DNA of 64,000 bases from an uncultured Veillonellaceae bacterium (GCA_963805085.1 CAWDTA010000002.1:1591478-1655477), one strand, 5' to 3'. Positions 16,148-27,422 are shown, counted from the first letter of the stretch. Translations and numbers: made by a program. The notes: generated from the sequence alone by a model not told the origin.

Positions 16148-19100
16148 GTGTATAAAAAAGTGGATTCCAAAACCAATTTTGTGAATATGGAAAAATCTGT
16201 TCTTGCGTTATGGGAAGAAAAAGACATTATAAACAAAAACTTTCAGATGAATGAGGAGGGTGAATATTTTACCTTCTACGATGGCCCGCCAACAGCGAAT
16301 GGTGTACCGCATATTGGTCATGTCGTTACTCGGGTTATTAAGGATCTTATCCCGCGTTATAAAGTAATGAAGGGTTATAAGGTTTTACGTAAGGCAGGTT
16401 GGGACACGCATGGCCTCCCAGTTGAACTTGAGGTGGAGAAAAATCTTGGTATATCCGGCAAGCCGCAAATCGAAGAGTATGGTGTGGAAAAATTTATAAA
16501 GAAGTGTAAAGATAGCGTATTTACCTATGCAACTCAGTGGAAAGATATGTCCGAACGAGTGGGTTACTGGATTGATATGGAGAAGCCTTATGTTACCTAT
16601 GAAAATGAATATATTGAATCGGTATGGTGGTCTTTGAAACAACTTTGGGATAAAGAATTGCTATACAAAGGACATAAAATTGTTCCGTATTGCCCACGAT
16701 GTGGGACAGCGCTGTCTTCACATGAAGTTGCCCAAGGCTATAAGGATGTTAAGGATAGCTCTGCTTATGTGAAATTTAAACTGAAGGGTAAAAATGTTTC
16801 TATTTTGGTTTGGACGACAACCCCTTGGACGTTGCCAAGTAATGTAGCGCTTGCTGTTAATCGCAAATATGATTATGTGGAAATCATCAATCAGGAAGAG
16901 CATTTAATCCTTGCCAAAGCATTACTTAACCAAATTGAAGGTGAATATGAGGTAGTTCGAGAGTTTAAAGGAGAAGAGCTTCTTGATCATGAATATGAGC
17001 CTATATTCTCTTTTGTTACGCCTGAGAAAAAAGCTTACTACGTTGTGCATGGAGATTTCGTAACGCTCAGTGATGGTACGGGGATCGTTCATATTGCACC
17101 TGCTTACGGTGAAGATGATAATCGGCTTGGACAAAAATATGATCTGCCTTTGGTAAATCTAGTGGATGTTCAGGGAAACTTTGTAGAAGAAGTTACGCCT
17201 TGGCAGGGGATGTTTGTGAAAAAAGCAGATGAAAAAATCATTGTAACGATGAAGAACAATGGTGCTCTCTATAAAACAGAAAAGTATCTTCATTCCTATC
17301 CTTTCTGCTGGCGCTGTGATACACCGCTTTTATATTATCCAAGAGATTCGTGGTTCGTAAAGATGTCCTCATTACGCGATAATCTCTTGAAAAATAATGA
17401 TAAAATCAACTGGTATCCTGACAATATCAAGAACGGACGTTTTGGTAATTTCTTAGAAAATGTGATTGATTGGGGACTAAGTCGGGAACGTTATTGGGGT
17501 ACGCCTCTACCAATATGGGAATGCGAATGCGGGCATAGGGAGTGCATTGGCAGCATTGCAGAATTACGAGAAAAGGGAATCCAGGTGCCAGAGGGTCTCG
17601 AACTGCATAAACCTTATATTGATGCTGTAGCATTGCAATGTCCTCATTGTGCAAAAGAAATGAAAAGAGTAAGTGAGGTTATTGATTGTTGGTACGATTC
17701 TGGTTCAATGCCGTTTGCTCAATACCATTTTCCTTTTGAGAATAAAGAATTGTTTGAACAAAATTTTCCTGCCCAATTTATATCGGAAGCAGTCGATCAG
17801 ACGAGAGGTTGGTTTTACACACTTCTCGCTATATCTACGGCTATATTTGACAAGAGTTCTTTTGAAAACTGTATCGTTCTGGGACATGTGCTAGATAAAA
17901 ACGGCATTAAAATGTCAAAACATAAAGGAAACGTTTTAAGTCCATTTACAGTCTTGGAAAATGAAGGGGCCGATGCTTTGCGGTGGTATTTTTATACCGC
18001 CAGTGCGCCTTGGCTTCCATCAAGATTTTATGAAGATGCAGTAATTGACGTTCAACGTAAATTTTTGAATACCTTATGGAATGTATATTCTTTCTATGTC
18101 CTGTATGCTGAGATTGACCAGTTTGATCCGACGAAGTATCAAGAGAGAGAAAGCCAGCATGTCATGGATAAGTGGATTATATCTAAGCTTAATACGATGA
18201 TCCATAAAGTCGATGAAAATTTGGATGCGTATAATATCACTGGAGCAGCAGAACTTATCCAAGAGTTTACTGAGGAATTGTCAAACTGGTATGTGCGGAG
18301 AAATAGAACTAGATATTGGGTTATGGATATGACAGAGGATAAGATTGATGCTTATCTTACCTTGCATACTGTGTTAAAGAATCTAGTCATCGTGGCAGCG
18401 CCTTTTGTACCATTTATCACGGAAGAAATTTATCAAAATCTGGTCGTACGCCTAAATGCGGCGGAACCGGAGAGCGTTCATTTGTGCAGATGGCCTGTTT
18501 ATGATGAAAAACTCGTTGATCGGCAGTTGGAAACTGAGATGGAGTTGACTTACCAAATCTGTGGTCTTGGCCGGAGTGCAAGAAATGTGGCCAATATTAA
18601 AAACAGACAACCTCTTTCGAAGATGCTGCTCAGTACGAAGAACTTACCTGACTATTATATCGACATCATCAAAGAAGAATTGAATATAAAGAGCGTAGAA
18701 GTCAACGCCAACATGGCTGATTATGTAAGTTATACCGTAAAACCAAATTCGCCAGTGTTAGGGAAAACCCATGGTAAGTTTATACCTAGCATTAGAAAAG
18801 CGATTGCAGAGATGGATCAAATGGCATTAGCGTTGAAAATTTTAAATGGTGAGACACTTACCGTAGAAATTGATGATACTGCCATCGAATTTAACGCTAA
18901 AAATTTGTTGATCTCAATGAATGGTCTAGAGGGCTTTGCTTTCGCTGGCGAAGGTGAAGTTGGCGTTGTGCTTGATACCCATATCTCTGAAAGCTTGAGA
19001 GTTGAAGGGTATGCGCGCGAAATCATCAGCAAAATCCAAACGATGAGAAAAGATAGTTCTTTTGAGGTAATGGACAAGATTACAATCTATATGACAGGGA

Positions 19101-19249
19101 ATAGCCTTCTTCAAGGCGTTGTCAATCAATATAAGGACTATATCATGAGCGAAACTTTAGCAGTGCAGATTATATTTGATGAAGCAAGAGAGTATACCGA
19201 TGTAATAATTAACGGTGAACAATTGAAGTTGGCTGTTGCAAGACAATAG
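16148..19249 (+). CDS. ileS: isoleucine--tRNA ligase (long, type 2-like form)
   Basis: HIGH motif (PHIGH), KMSKS motif (KMSKHKGN), CP1 editing region, Zn-type CxxC pairs. GTG 16148 is preceded by AAAGGAG; the ORF-track start at 16112 sits just downstream of the T-box terminator (within its trailing T-rich region) with no RBS. Confidence 0.95.
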   Translation: MYKKVDSKTNFVNMEKSVLALWEEKDIINKNFQMNEEGEYFTFYDGPPTANGVPHIGHVVTRVIKDLIPRYKVMKGYKVLRKAGWDTHGLPVELEVEKNLGISGKPQIEEYGVEKFIKKCKDSVFTYATQWKDMSERVGYWIDMEKPYVTYENEYIESVWWSLKQLWDKELLYKGHKIVPYCPRCGTALSSHEVAQGYKDVKDSSAYVKFKLKGKNVSILVWTTTPWTLPSNVALAVNRKYDYVEIINQEEHLILAKALLNQIEGEYEVVREFKGEELLDHEYEPIFSFVTPEKKAYYVVHGDFVTLSDGTGIVHIAPAYGEDDNRLGQKYDLPLVNLVDVQGNFVEEVTPWQGMFVKKADEKIIVTMKNNGALYKTEKYLHSYPFCWRCDTPLLYYPRDSWFVKMSSLRDNLLKNNDKINWYPDNIKNGRFGNFLENVIDWGLSRERYWGTPLPIWECECGHRECIGSIAELREKGIQVPEGLELHKPYIDAVALQCPHCAKEMKRVSEVIDCWYDSGSMPFAQYHFPFENKELFEQNFPAQFISEAVDQTRGWFYTLLAISTAIFDKSSFENCIVLGHVLDKNGIKMSKHKGNVLSPFTVLENEGADALRWYFYTASAPWLPSRFYEDAVIDVQRKFLNTLWNVYSFYVLYAEIDQFDPTKYQERESQHVMDKWIISKLNTMIHKVDENLDAYNITGAAELIQEFTEELSNWYVRRNRTRYWVMDMTEDKIDAYLTLHTVLKNLVIVAAPFVPFITEEIYQNLVVRLNAAEPESVHLCRWPVYDEKLVDRQLETEMELTYQICGLGRSARNVANIKNRQPLSKMLLSTKNLPDYYIDIIKEELNIKSVEVNANMADYVSYTVKPNSPVLGKTHGKFIPSIRKAIAEMDQMALALKILNGETLTVEIDDTAIEFNAKNLLISMNGLEGFAFAGEGEVGVVLDTHISESLRVEGYAREIISKIQTMRKDSSFEVMDKITIYMTGNSLLQGVVNQYKDYIMSETLAVQIIFDEAREYTDVIINGEQLKLAVARQ

Positions 19250-19301
19250 CCCCATCCGAGTTTATCCGAGAATTTAATTCAATGAAAGTAGTAAAAATAG
19301 A

Positions 19302-19347
19302 ACTCCTGCCAAATTTTTGTAGAAATTTGGCAGGAGTCTTTTGTATT
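19302..19347 (+). terminator. rho-independent terminator of ileS
   Basis: ACTCCTGCCAAATTT / AATTTGGCAGGAGT stem followed by CTTTTGTATTT. Confidence 0.85.
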
Positions 19348-19349
19348 TA

Positions 19350-19415
19350 GAGGAAATAATAGAACTTCTGATATCTTCGATTTCAGAGCATATTGAATTA
19401 CCGATAACAATGTAA
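19350..19415 (+). pseudogene. 3'-terminal remnant of a paralog of the 4489-4839 phosphatase gene
   Basis: Translates to EEIIELLISSISEHIELPITM*, versus DRELIEILISTVSEYIELPITI* at 4777-4839. Long identical nucleotide runs (ATTGAATTACCGATAAC). No upstream coding part. Confidence 0.75.
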
Positions 19416-19483
19416 CTGTTTGAATATTTCGTTCAACGCAGATATCGACTCCGCGGTACTTAATAAAATATAACTACTTATAC

Positions 19484-19514
19484 TTGACTTACAGTTAACT
19501 ATAAGTGCTATGCT
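19484..19514 (+). promoter_or_regulatory. MerR-type promoter with 19-bp spacer and embedded dyad operator
   Basis: TTGACT (19484-19489), 19-nt spacer, TATGCT (19509-19514). The dyad ACTTACAGTT|AACTATAAGT (19487-19506) matches at 9/10 positions. Confidence 0.65.
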
Positions 19515-19555
19515 AAAATCAATTAAGCAGTGAGACTATATTGGGGGGCAGAAAA

Positions 19556-19918
19556 ATGAATATTACTGAGGTTAGCAAAAAATTTAATCTTTCACCATAT
19601 ACTCTGCGTTATTATGAACGAATTGGGGTATTGCCTAATGTTACACGGAACAAGAGCGGTATTCGTGATTATTCGGAAGCAGATTGTCGTTGGGTTGAAT
19701 TTGTAAAATGTATGAAAGGAGCAGGATTACCAATTGAAGTACTAATTGCATATGTCCCTTTATTCCAACAAGGTGATGCAACAAAAGAAGCAAGAAAAAT
19801 ATTACTGATTGAGCAGCGAGATCACTTGGTAGAGCGTATCATGGGAATGCAAAAAGCAGTAGATCGTTTAAATGTAAAAATCGAACGTTTGAACGAATCT
19901 ACTGCGACCAAAGCATAG
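19556..19918 (+). CDS. MerR family transcriptional regulator
   Basis: N-terminal HTH ITEVSKKFNLSPYTLRYYERIGVL and a coiled-coil C-terminus. GGGGGG RBS before ATG 19556. Confidence 0.85.
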   Translation: MNITEVSKKFNLSPYTLRYYERIGVLPNVTRNKSGIRDYSEADCRWVEFVKCMKGAGLPIEVLIAYVPLFQQGDATKEARKILLIEQRDHLVERIMGMQKAVDRLNVKIERLNESTATKA

Positions 19919-20097
19919 AAAGTACATGATCGTCTTATTCGCAGGTGCTGACAAGTAGAGGTATTTAAGCGGGATAGTAATAGTTTTTAGTGCAACAGTA
20001 GGAGTTATTTTAACAATTTAAAATGAAAGTCCTTCATATTAGTTAAGCTTAAGATTTTTTTTTCATCTATATTTTAAAATAATTAGGAGGTCAATAC

Positions 20098-20799
20098 ATG
20101 TTCATGAAAAATTTGTTAGTAATGTCTTTTACTCTGATTTTTTGTACAGTATGGAGTGGATTTGTTGAAGCAGCTGCTCCGGAGAATATCACAAAAGTAC
20201 CTAAAGATAAAATAGCGATTGTTATGGTCGAATTCCAAAATATCTGGTTAGACCCTAAAGGCGATTTGAATCCGTTGATTAAGAATCAGTTAGAAAAGAA
20301 AAAAGCGGTGGAAAAGTCTATTGAATTAGTCGATAAGGCTCGAGATGGCGGAATAAAGCTTATTTATGCTCCGCTTAGCTATTCTGCTGGATATCCAGAA
20401 ATCGCTCCCGATCAAATTGGTATAAGTTATCATCTCAGAAGTAAAAAACGGTTAGAGGAAGGCAGTTTTGGGGCAGAATTTTATCCAGCAACAGCGCCAA
20501 AAGAAGGCGACTATATTGCACGGGGGCGAGTGGGCGTAAGCTCTTTTGTTGGGAGTAACCTAGAGCAAATATTGAGGGCAGGGGGATACACTACGATTGC
20601 GGTGGCTGGTTTTGCAACTCATGTGTGCGTTGAATCGTTAATTCGTGACGCTTATGATCGAGGATACAAGGTGATCTTGCTTGACGATGATGTTGCAGCG
20701 TTCGAAGATGGCCAGGATAGCTATATTAAAAAATACATCATGCCTCATTTTGGAGTAACAATGTCAAATGATGAGTTTTTTAACAACTATATAAAATAG
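20098..20799 (+). CDS. isochorismatase-family cysteine hydrolase with N-terminal signal peptide
   Basis: Signal-like MFMKNLLVMSFTLIFCTVWSGFVEAAAP. Catalytic-Cys region AGFATHVCVES. AGGAGG RBS. Confidence 0.75.
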   Translation: MFMKNLLVMSFTLIFCTVWSGFVEAAAPENITKVPKDKIAIVMVEFQNIWLDPKGDLNPLIKNQLEKKKAVEKSIELVDKARDGGIKLIYAPLSYSAGYPEIAPDQIGISYHLRSKKRLEEGSFGAEFYPATAPKEGDYIARGRVGVSSFVGSNLEQILRAGGYTTIAVAGFATHVCVESLIRDAYDRGYKVILLDDDVAAFEDGQDSYIKKYIMPHFGVTMSNDEFFNNYIK

Positions 20800-20846
20800 T
20801 CATTCTAAAATTAGAATATTGCTAACTTTGTCATAAACTTTGATAA

Positions 20847-20893
20847 AAATTGCCTTCTATGGATCATAGAAGGCAATTTTGTGTTTGTTTTTC
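20847..20893 (+). terminator. rho-independent terminator
   Basis: AAATTGCCTTCTATG-GAT-CATAGAAGGCAATTT followed by a T-rich tract. Confidence 0.8.
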
Positions 20894-21010
20894 ACAAGAT
20901 AGCTCCTTAACACTGTAACTTATCTTCCTAAAACTACAGCCTACGTTTGGTGTATTGAATTAAGAAAATTACTAACATATACTAGAAATGTAGAGAAGGG
21001 GGTGGTCAAG

Positions 21011-21448
21011 ATGAAAATTACCATCGAAAATATACCTGACGGAATTGAACCAGAAATAATCATAAGATGCAATGAGGTTGATGATGCACTACTGCATCTT
21101 ATCTACTCCATTAATTCAGCTTCAAAAAAGCTAGTAGGGATTTCAGATTTGCAAATGCATATGATCAATCCTAAAGATGTATTTTATTTCGAATCAGTTG
21201 ATAGTAAAGTATTTATTTATTGTCAAGAAAAGGTTTTTGAATCAAGACTAAAGCTTTATGAGATTGAAAAGACATATGAGAATTTGGATTTTTTCAGAGC
21301 CTCAAAATCAACGATTCTTAATATTACGAAAATAGATTCTGTAAGGCCAGTTTTCTACGGAAGATTTGAAGCGTTACTGCAAAATGGCGAAAAAGTAGTT
21401 ATTTCTAGGCAATATGTGCCTGTACTCAGAAAGAAATTAGGATTATAA
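21011..21448 (+). CDS. stand-alone LytTR-domain DNA-binding protein (no receiver domain)
   Basis: About 145 aa. The C-terminal half (...FFRASKSTILNITKIDSVRP...VVISRQYVPVLRKKL) is LytTR-like. Confidence 0.7.
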   Translation: MKITIENIPDGIEPEIIIRCNEVDDALLHLIYSINSASKKLVGISDLQMHMINPKDVFYFESVDSKVFIYCQEKVFESRLKLYEIEKTYENLDFFRASKSTILNITKIDSVRPVFYGRFEALLQNGEKVVISRQYVPVLRKKLGL

Positions 21449-21461
21449 GGAGGTTTTATTC

Positions 21462-21893
21462 ATGAGATTGAGTCAATATTTAAAACAATTCTTAAAGGAA
21501 TTTTTTACAGCTTGTGGGTGTTTGATGATAGTTGCTTCAATATTTTTGGGGATTAATTTTATAGATACAATTAAAACATCACTGCTATGGCAATTTATCA
21601 TAATAGCAGCAGCATTTACACTTTTCAAATTTTCGTTTGCAAATAATCTTGATTTAGGGAAAAAAAATCAATTAATTTTATTTACGATTTTTACTACACT
21701 AGCAGATATAATGGTTGTACTATGGCTGTGTTTATTTAGTCCCAATATAGATAGTAATATTGTAATACTTTATATCATTGTGATTTTAATTGTGAAGGGA
21801 GCAGTTTTTGCAATGATGTATATTGATGGCCAAAGACAAGCCAAACAGCTCAATGAAAAACTGAGCGAGTATAAGAACGGTACTAGTGAATAA
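21462..21893 (+). CDS. small polytopic membrane protein (DUF3021-like), partner of the LytTR protein
   Basis: 143 aa with about 4 predicted TM segments. AAGGAGG RBS. Starts 13 nt after the LytTR gene. Confidence 0.6.
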   Translation: MRLSQYLKQFLKEFFTACGCLMIVASIFLGINFIDTIKTSLLWQFIIIAAAFTLFKFSFANNLDLGKKNQLILFTIFTTLADIMVVLWLCLFSPNIDSNIVILYIIVILIVKGAVFAMMYIDGQRQAKQLNEKLSEYKNGTSE

Positions 21894-22244
21894 AAATAAT
21901 TACATTATCAAGGCAAAAGGGCAGGTTTCTTGCCCCATCTATAGTTAGTAATGATACGAATTTGATTTAGAAGTGAGAGGGATTGGTGTAATGCTAATGC
22001 CTTTATACTAAATACAAGTTTTCAGGTCGTAGAACTAAGTTTCAAGAAGTGTTATTATGGAAAAAGAATCAAATAAATTAATAAAGGAGGAAAGTCCATA
22101 TTTTACAGCATGCTCATAAACCAGCTGATTGGGGAAATAAACCTATAGTTGTTAAGCAAATTTATTGCAAATCACAAACATACTAGAAGTTTTTGTAATT
22201 GCTTGCTTCGATAAGAATAATGTGACATTTTCATTTTAAATGTA

Positions 22245-22281
22245 AAAGAACCAGCTACTGTGATTAAGTAACTGGTTCTTT
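22245..22281 (-). terminator. terminator of the MCP gene
   Basis: AAAGAACCAG / CTGGTTCTTT stem. On the minus strand it is followed by TTTTACA. Confidence 0.6.
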
Positions 22282-22335
22282 GTCTATGGTCTCAAGTTTG
22301 ACAGCTTTGTTTGTAAAATAATAAAAGTTTAACCC

Positions 22336-24036
22336 TTAAATTTTAAATTTAGCTGTAATTACGTTAAGTTGAGTGGCGATTTTTGCCAGTGATTCAGAGC
22401 TGGAGCTTACCTCATGGAGGCTGGCGCTTTGTTCTTCTGCCGCTGCGGCTACTGTCTGTGTACTTGCACCTGTTTGCTCTGCGACTACACCGATGTTTTG
22501 TACGTTGTTTACAACAGATTGCATACCATGTGCAGTTTCTTCTACGGCTGTGCTGATTTGCTCAATGCCTGAGCGTACTTCGGATAATTTACCAATGATT
22601 GCTTGAAATCCTTGTTGTGTTTCGTCTGTGGCTGTTTTGCCAGTGACTACTTCTGCGTTGGCTTTTGTTACTACATTGACAGCAAACTGGATATCCGTTG
22701 TCATTTTACCAATGATTTCTTCAATCGTGTTGGTAGCATCTGCACTTTGTTCAGCTAATTTGCGGACTTCTTCAGCTACTACGGCAAAGCCACGCCCTAC
22801 TTCACCAGCTCTAGCTGCCTCAATTGCAGCATTCAAAGCTAAAAGATTGGTTTGACCAGCAATGGTGCGAATGGTTGTAACAATTTGCTGAATATCATCA
22901 GAGCCTTTTACCAGAGATGATGAAACATTGGTGATGTCTGACATCGATTGTTTGATGGTGTCATTTTGTTTTACTAATTTATGAATGAGTTGCATTCCTT
23001 GTTCCGCTTCGCCAACGGTGTCTTGTGTGACACTGTTTACGTGTGCAGCACTAGCGCTAATTTCTTCCGCGCTGGCACCAACTTCTTCAATAACGGCAGA
23101 GATTTCAGTGATGTTTTTGGTGTTTTGGTCAGAGCCAGAAGCAACCTCTGTAATGTTTTTAGCAACACTTTCTGCCACATGGAGTTGTTCTTCAACGGAT
23201 GAAGAGAGTTCTTGACTAGAAGCAGCTAATGTATCGGCATCGTTTCTCAGTTGGCTAACAATATTTCTCAGTGCTTTCTTTGTTATAATGAGTGCTTCGC
23301 CCATATCGCCAATTTCATCGTTGTGTCTGGCATGTATATCTTGGCGCGATAAATCCAATCCGCTTAGTGATAAAATTTCATTTTGTAGACTTTTAATTCT
23401 GCGGGATAGATAGCGACTGTACCAGATTAAAAGAACAATAATCGCAATAATCCCTACGCTACTAGAAATTAACACCATTTTAAAAATGGTGGTTTCGTGT
23501 TCATTGAGGGTGCTAATTCTTTTGCTCATTGCAGCATCTTGGGCCTGCATCGTTTTTTCGAATAATGCATTTATGGACGTAGTCTTTTGGCGAAGTTCTG
23601 TTAATTTATCGGTATATATAGGGGTATTCGATTTTTTTAGTTCTAGAACTTGTTTCATATCTTCACCATAAGACTGCATGGCACTTTGTAGATTTTCAGC
23701 GGCTTGTTTATTGCCAGATCCTGTTTTGTCTTCTATTTTCATCGCGATATCGGCTACATTTTTATGACTGGTATTAAACAATGTTAAGGTATCGGAGGCA
23801 TATTTTTCATCATTATAAGCAAGAAAGCCGCGTAATTCACTCAAACTTTCATGAAAATTATCCTGTGCTGCTTGCAAAGCAAGTGTTCTTTGTATTGCAC
23901 CAGATAGAATAGATTGATAATCAGCGCTGACTATTCGCAGTTGATATAATAATGTTCCTACTGTAATGGTCATTAGCGTGATGGCAATCCCCATGAGAAA
24001 CCCTAACTGGAGACCAATTGGTATACGTTTGTTCAT
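22336..24036 (-). CDS. methyl-accepting chemotaxis protein
   Basis: Two TM segments flank a periplasmic domain. HAMP region and a highly conserved signalling hairpin (..[39 protein letters not shown]..). AAGGGG RBS favours the MNKR start. Confidence 0.9.
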   Translation of the reverse strand: MNKRIPIGLQLGFLMGIAITLMTITVGTLLYQLRIVSADYQSILSGAIQRTLALQAAQDNFHESLSELRGFLAYNDEKYASDTLTLFNTSHKNVADIAMKIEDKTGSGNKQAAENLQSAMQSYGEDMKQVLELKKSNTPIYTDKLTELRQKTTSINALFEKTMQAQDAAMSKRISTLNEHETTIFKMVLISSSVGIIAIIVLLIWYSRYLSRRIKSLQNEILSLSGLDLSRQDIHARHNDEIGDMGEALIITKKALRNIVSQLRNDADTLAASSQELSSSVEEQLHVAESVAKNITEVASGSDQNTKNITEISAVIEEVGASAEEISASAAHVNSVTQDTVGEAEQGMQLIHKLVKQNDTIKQSMSDITNVSSSLVKGSDDIQQIVTTIRTIAGQTNLLALNAAIEAARAGEVGRGFAVVAEEVRKLAEQSADATNTIEEIIGKMTTDIQFAVNVVTKANAEVVTGKTATDETQQGFQAIIGKLSEVRSGIEQISTAVEETAHGMQSVVNNVQNIGVVAEQTGASTQTVAAAAEEQSASLHEVSSSSESLAKIATQLNVITAKFKI

Positions 24037-24379
24037 TGATTTGCCCCTTTTCAATCATAAATTTTGTTGTTCTATTAAAATAGTTGCTTTATTTAAAAAA
24101 AATTTTTATTTACGGCGATAGTTATGAAAAGAGCAAGAGTGCTTGTATCGTTTAATAAAAAACAAATTTTCACAATAATATTTTATCATAGTTAATAGAT
24201 GTTTAATATTATACAAATGGTACAAGAAAAGGATGGTTAGATCATACTGAATGACAGTATGTCAGAGTTGTATTTACATATATAATGGCAATTAAGAAAC
24301 GAGGTTGCAAAAACAGTCCAAATTTATAAAAAATAAAATAAACAAGTGTTTGCGTTAAGACCAAAACAGGGGTGTTATT

Positions 24380-26428
24380 ATGGACAGAAAACAATATGAC
24401 GTATCTAAAATAGTAAAAGATAGTGAGCAAGCATTGACTAAAAAGAAATATCTAGAAAAACTGTTCCAACACTTGGCAGGAAATGAACAGTTTTTTAAAG
24501 AAATTTTAGATGCTGCACCTTGTCTTTTATGTTGTTTAGACTGTAATGGAAATTTTTTATATATGAACCAACGGTATGCTGAATTTCGGGGAATTCATCA
24601 TGAAAAAATGATCGGTCATCATTTTAGTGAGGTCATTTTGCCAAAATTCCACAAAAAACGAGCTGAGGTTTTTGCTAAATGTCTACAGGGGGAAACTGTA
24701 AAAATTCAAAATCAAGACCGCCTCAAAAAGGCTAAGAAAGATAGTTGGCTTCATGGAATATACATGCCGATACTTTTAAAAAATCAGAAAGTAGAGAAAA
24801 TACTGGTTGCGATGATGGACGTCACGGAGCAAGAAGAGATGCAGCGGCAGTTAAATGAAGCTGAGAAATTTGGGCGTACGGGCAGTTGGAAAATCAATTT
24901 GGCGACAAAACAATTTACCTGTTCCGATGGTGTACTAGATTTGTATGAGATGAGCCGTGAAGAGGTAGACAAGTACTCTTATGAAGCTTTATTTTTGCGA
25001 TTATCAGACATAGATATTGCAAAAATTACAGCAAAGTTTAGACTGATTTTCAAGAAGCGGCATTCAGTGTCAGAAGAATTGTGGATTCATCTGCCTCAAG
25101 GGACAAGACGATTAGTTAAAGTCACTGGTTACATGTTGAAAAATGCTGAAGGTCGTTCTATGGAAATATTCGGAAAAATTGACGATATCACGCAGCAAAA
25201 AACGCTAGAAAAAGCTGAACAAGATGTGACGCTTCGCTTAAGAGAATTTTCACGAGCGATGCCGGGCGTAGGAATGATTGTAGATGCAATGGGAAAAATT
25301 GTGGAGATTTTCGATGACAGTCAGCTATTGACTGATGCGGATTCTGTGTCATGGGAAAAACAAAAGATTACTACGCTGTTGCCAAGCAAAGTAGCTGAAA
25401 AACTTAGTCGGGAGATTAGCATTGCAATTGCAAAAAACATGGTTAGATTTGGTGAATATACACTACCTTTATTGCGTGGAGAGCGTATTTTTGATGTACG
25501 CATTGCGCCACTTAGTTACCGTTTGGAAGAACATTCGACGGTAGCTTGTTATTGGGCAGATGTTACAGAAAAAAACCATACAAAAAAATTATTGAAGTCA
25601 AATTATGAAAAACGTCGACAACGAGATTTGCTAAATGACCTAGCAACGGGTAAAATTGAGCCATCACAGGAAATTTTAGATCAGGCTTGGCAAGTTAAAC
25701 TTAATTTGACGTTTGATTTTTCCTGTTATTTGATTGGTTTTCAAAAGAATTTAAAATATAATAAAAGAGATATATTGAATGAAAAGCAAGATACCTTACA
25801 GGTGATGATAGACTTGCTTATTGAGAAACTGTCTGGAGACACAGGTACAATTGTCTGGGAAAGTAAGGAGGGTATTGTGATGCTCGTTCCTGTTGATGAG
25901 AATAAATTGATGAAGAGGGAGCAAGAATTAATCCAGGCTGAAAAGTGGGGGATGTTGATTGGTCAATATGTCCCAGAGTTAGAATATTGTATAGGAATTG
26001 CTGAATTCTGTCCTGAAACATTCTGGAAGTTTGCTGAAGTATATGCTGAGGCATGTGCAGCGGTTGAGTTCGGTGAAAAAATGGCAGACAAACAGCGGGT
26101 GCATCATTATTTGGATATTGGAGTTTTTCAGTTTTTTCCTGCAGTAATAAATCAAGAGTATGTTAATAGTTTTGTAAATCGAATGTTGGGGAAATTAGAG
26201 GAATATGATCGGATAAATGGTACAGATTTGGTATACACATTAGAAAGAATTTTACAGATCGATAATTTGAATATGGTTGCCAAGGAACTTTATGTACACC
26301 GGCAGACAATTCTTTTTCGTAAGAGAAGAATTGAAACAATTTTAAATGTTTCCCTGAACGATTTTGAAGCTAGATTAGCGCTAGGAATGGCGTTCAAGTT
26401 TAAGCAGGCATATGGCAAAGATACGTAA
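24380..26428 (+). CDS. PAS-domain sensor fused to a PucR/CdaR-type C-terminal HTH regulator
   Basis: 682 aa. PAS-like repeats (..NGNFLYMNQRYAEFRG.., ..GSWKINLATKQF..). C-terminal ..MVAKELYVHRQTILFRKRRIETIL.. is a PucR-type HTH. Confidence 0.65.
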   Translation: MDRKQYDVSKIVKDSEQALTKKKYLEKLFQHLAGNEQFFKEILDAAPCLLCCLDCNGNFLYMNQRYAEFRGIHHEKMIGHHFSEVILPKFHKKRAEVFAKCLQGETVKIQNQDRLKKAKKDSWLHGIYMPILLKNQKVEKILVAMMDVTEQEEMQRQLNEAEKFGRTGSWKINLATKQFTCSDGVLDLYEMSREEVDKYSYEALFLRLSDIDIAKITAKFRLIFKKRHSVSEELWIHLPQGTRRLVKVTGYMLKNAEGRSMEIFGKIDDITQQKTLEKAEQDVTLRLREFSRAMPGVGMIVDAMGKIVEIFDDSQLLTDADSVSWEKQKITTLLPSKVAEKLSREISIAIAKNMVRFGEYTLPLLRGERIFDVRIAPLSYRLEEHSTVACYWADVTEKNHTKKLLKSNYEKRRQRDLLNDLATGKIEPSQEILDQAWQVKLNLTFDFSCYLIGFQKNLKYNKRDILNEKQDTLQVMIDLLIEKLSGDTGTIVWESKEGIVMLVPVDENKLMKREQELIQAEKWGMLIGQYVPELEYCIGIAEFCPETFWKFAEVYAEACAAVEFGEKMADKQRVHHYLDIGVFQFFPAVINQEYVNSFVNRMLGKLEEYDRINGTDLVYTLERILQIDNLNMVAKELYVHRQTILFRKRRIETILNVSLNDFEARLALGMAFKFKQAYGKDT

Positions 26429-26450
26429 GATATCTTAAGGAGGTTACAAG

Positions 26451-27107
26451 ATGAAGAAAATGCAAACTAGATTGAAAATTTTATCACCGGATATTCCCGA
26501 AGAATTGGAGCAACTTGATTTTGCGGATAGGAAGATCCGCAATGAGGATTATTTTGAGATTGGAATCATTGATGATTGCATAATTGAGAATCAAGCAGCA
26601 GAACGTGTTGTTTTTAATAAAGTAATATTTGAAAACGTAACGTTCCAAAAAGTGGAGTTTAGCAAATTAGAGTTGTTAAATGCTATTTTTAAAAAGTGTG
26701 ATTTATCAAATGTAGATTTTAACGAAGCAATTCTGCATCGAGTTGAAATGATAGATTGCAAAATTATGGGTGTAAACCTAACGGCAACAACAGTACGTAA
26801 CGTACTATTTGATCATTGCTATGGGGACTATGCTAACTTTCGTAGTGCGGATTTTAAACAGGTGAAATTTCAGCAATGTTCATTAGTCAATGCTGATTTT
26901 TCTATGTCAAAATTACTCAATGTAGAATTTTCTGAGTCAAACTTAGATAAGATGCAATTATCAGGGACGAAACTGGCAGGGATTGATTTAAGTAGTTGTG
27001 AATTTAACCAGATTGGTGTTACCAAGGAAGATGTGAAAGGGTGCATTATTTCATCTGAGCAAGCAATTGCCTTTTCAAAACTCTTTGGACTCATTGTTAA
27101 CGAATAA
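26451..27107 (+). CDS. pentapeptide-repeat protein
   Basis: Repeated A(D/N)LxX-like pentads (ANFRSADFKQVKFQQCSLVNADFSMSKLLNVEFSESNLD...). AAGGAGG RBS. Confidence 0.85.
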   Translation: MKKMQTRLKILSPDIPEELEQLDFADRKIRNEDYFEIGIIDDCIIENQAAERVVFNKVIFENVTFQKVEFSKLELLNAIFKKCDLSNVDFNEAILHRVEMIDCKIMGVNLTATTVRNVLFDHCYGDYANFRSADFKQVKFQQCSLVNADFSMSKLLNVEFSESNLDKMQLSGTKLAGIDLSSCEFNQIGVTKEDVKGCIISSEQAIAFSKLFGLIVNE

Positions 27108-27344
27108 AGTAGATGGTTAGTAGAGTTAATAAAAAATGATCTAGAACAGATTTACTAATAAAGTTGAGGTAATAACATATGCAAATAGGCAGTAGTATCT
27201 TTATTTTTGAAGTACTTCATGGTTGATTGAGCACGCAAAAGCTTATTTTAGTGGCGATACTGAGTACCATAGCTCCACTTGGTGGAAATAAAAGCAGTGG
27301 TTTTGCCATTATTTAAAATCAGTATGCTTGTAACTAGATAAAAA

Positions 27345-27393
27345 ATAGATAAAGAGCTTCCCTGGAAAGAAATTCTACAGGGAAGCTCTTTTG
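27345..27393 (-). terminator. terminator of the collagen-like gene (bidirectional hairpin)
   Basis: AGAGCTTCCCTG / CAGGGAAGCTCT 12-bp stem with T-runs on both strands. Confidence 0.75.
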
Positions 27394-27422
27394 AGAATTA
27401 CGGAGAACTAATCTCTATTATA

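Noticed and set aside
22373-23671. Several 60-77-aa plus-strand ORFs inside the MCP gene.
   Set aside because: They are antisense to a strongly supported CDS with conserved MCP signalling motifs.
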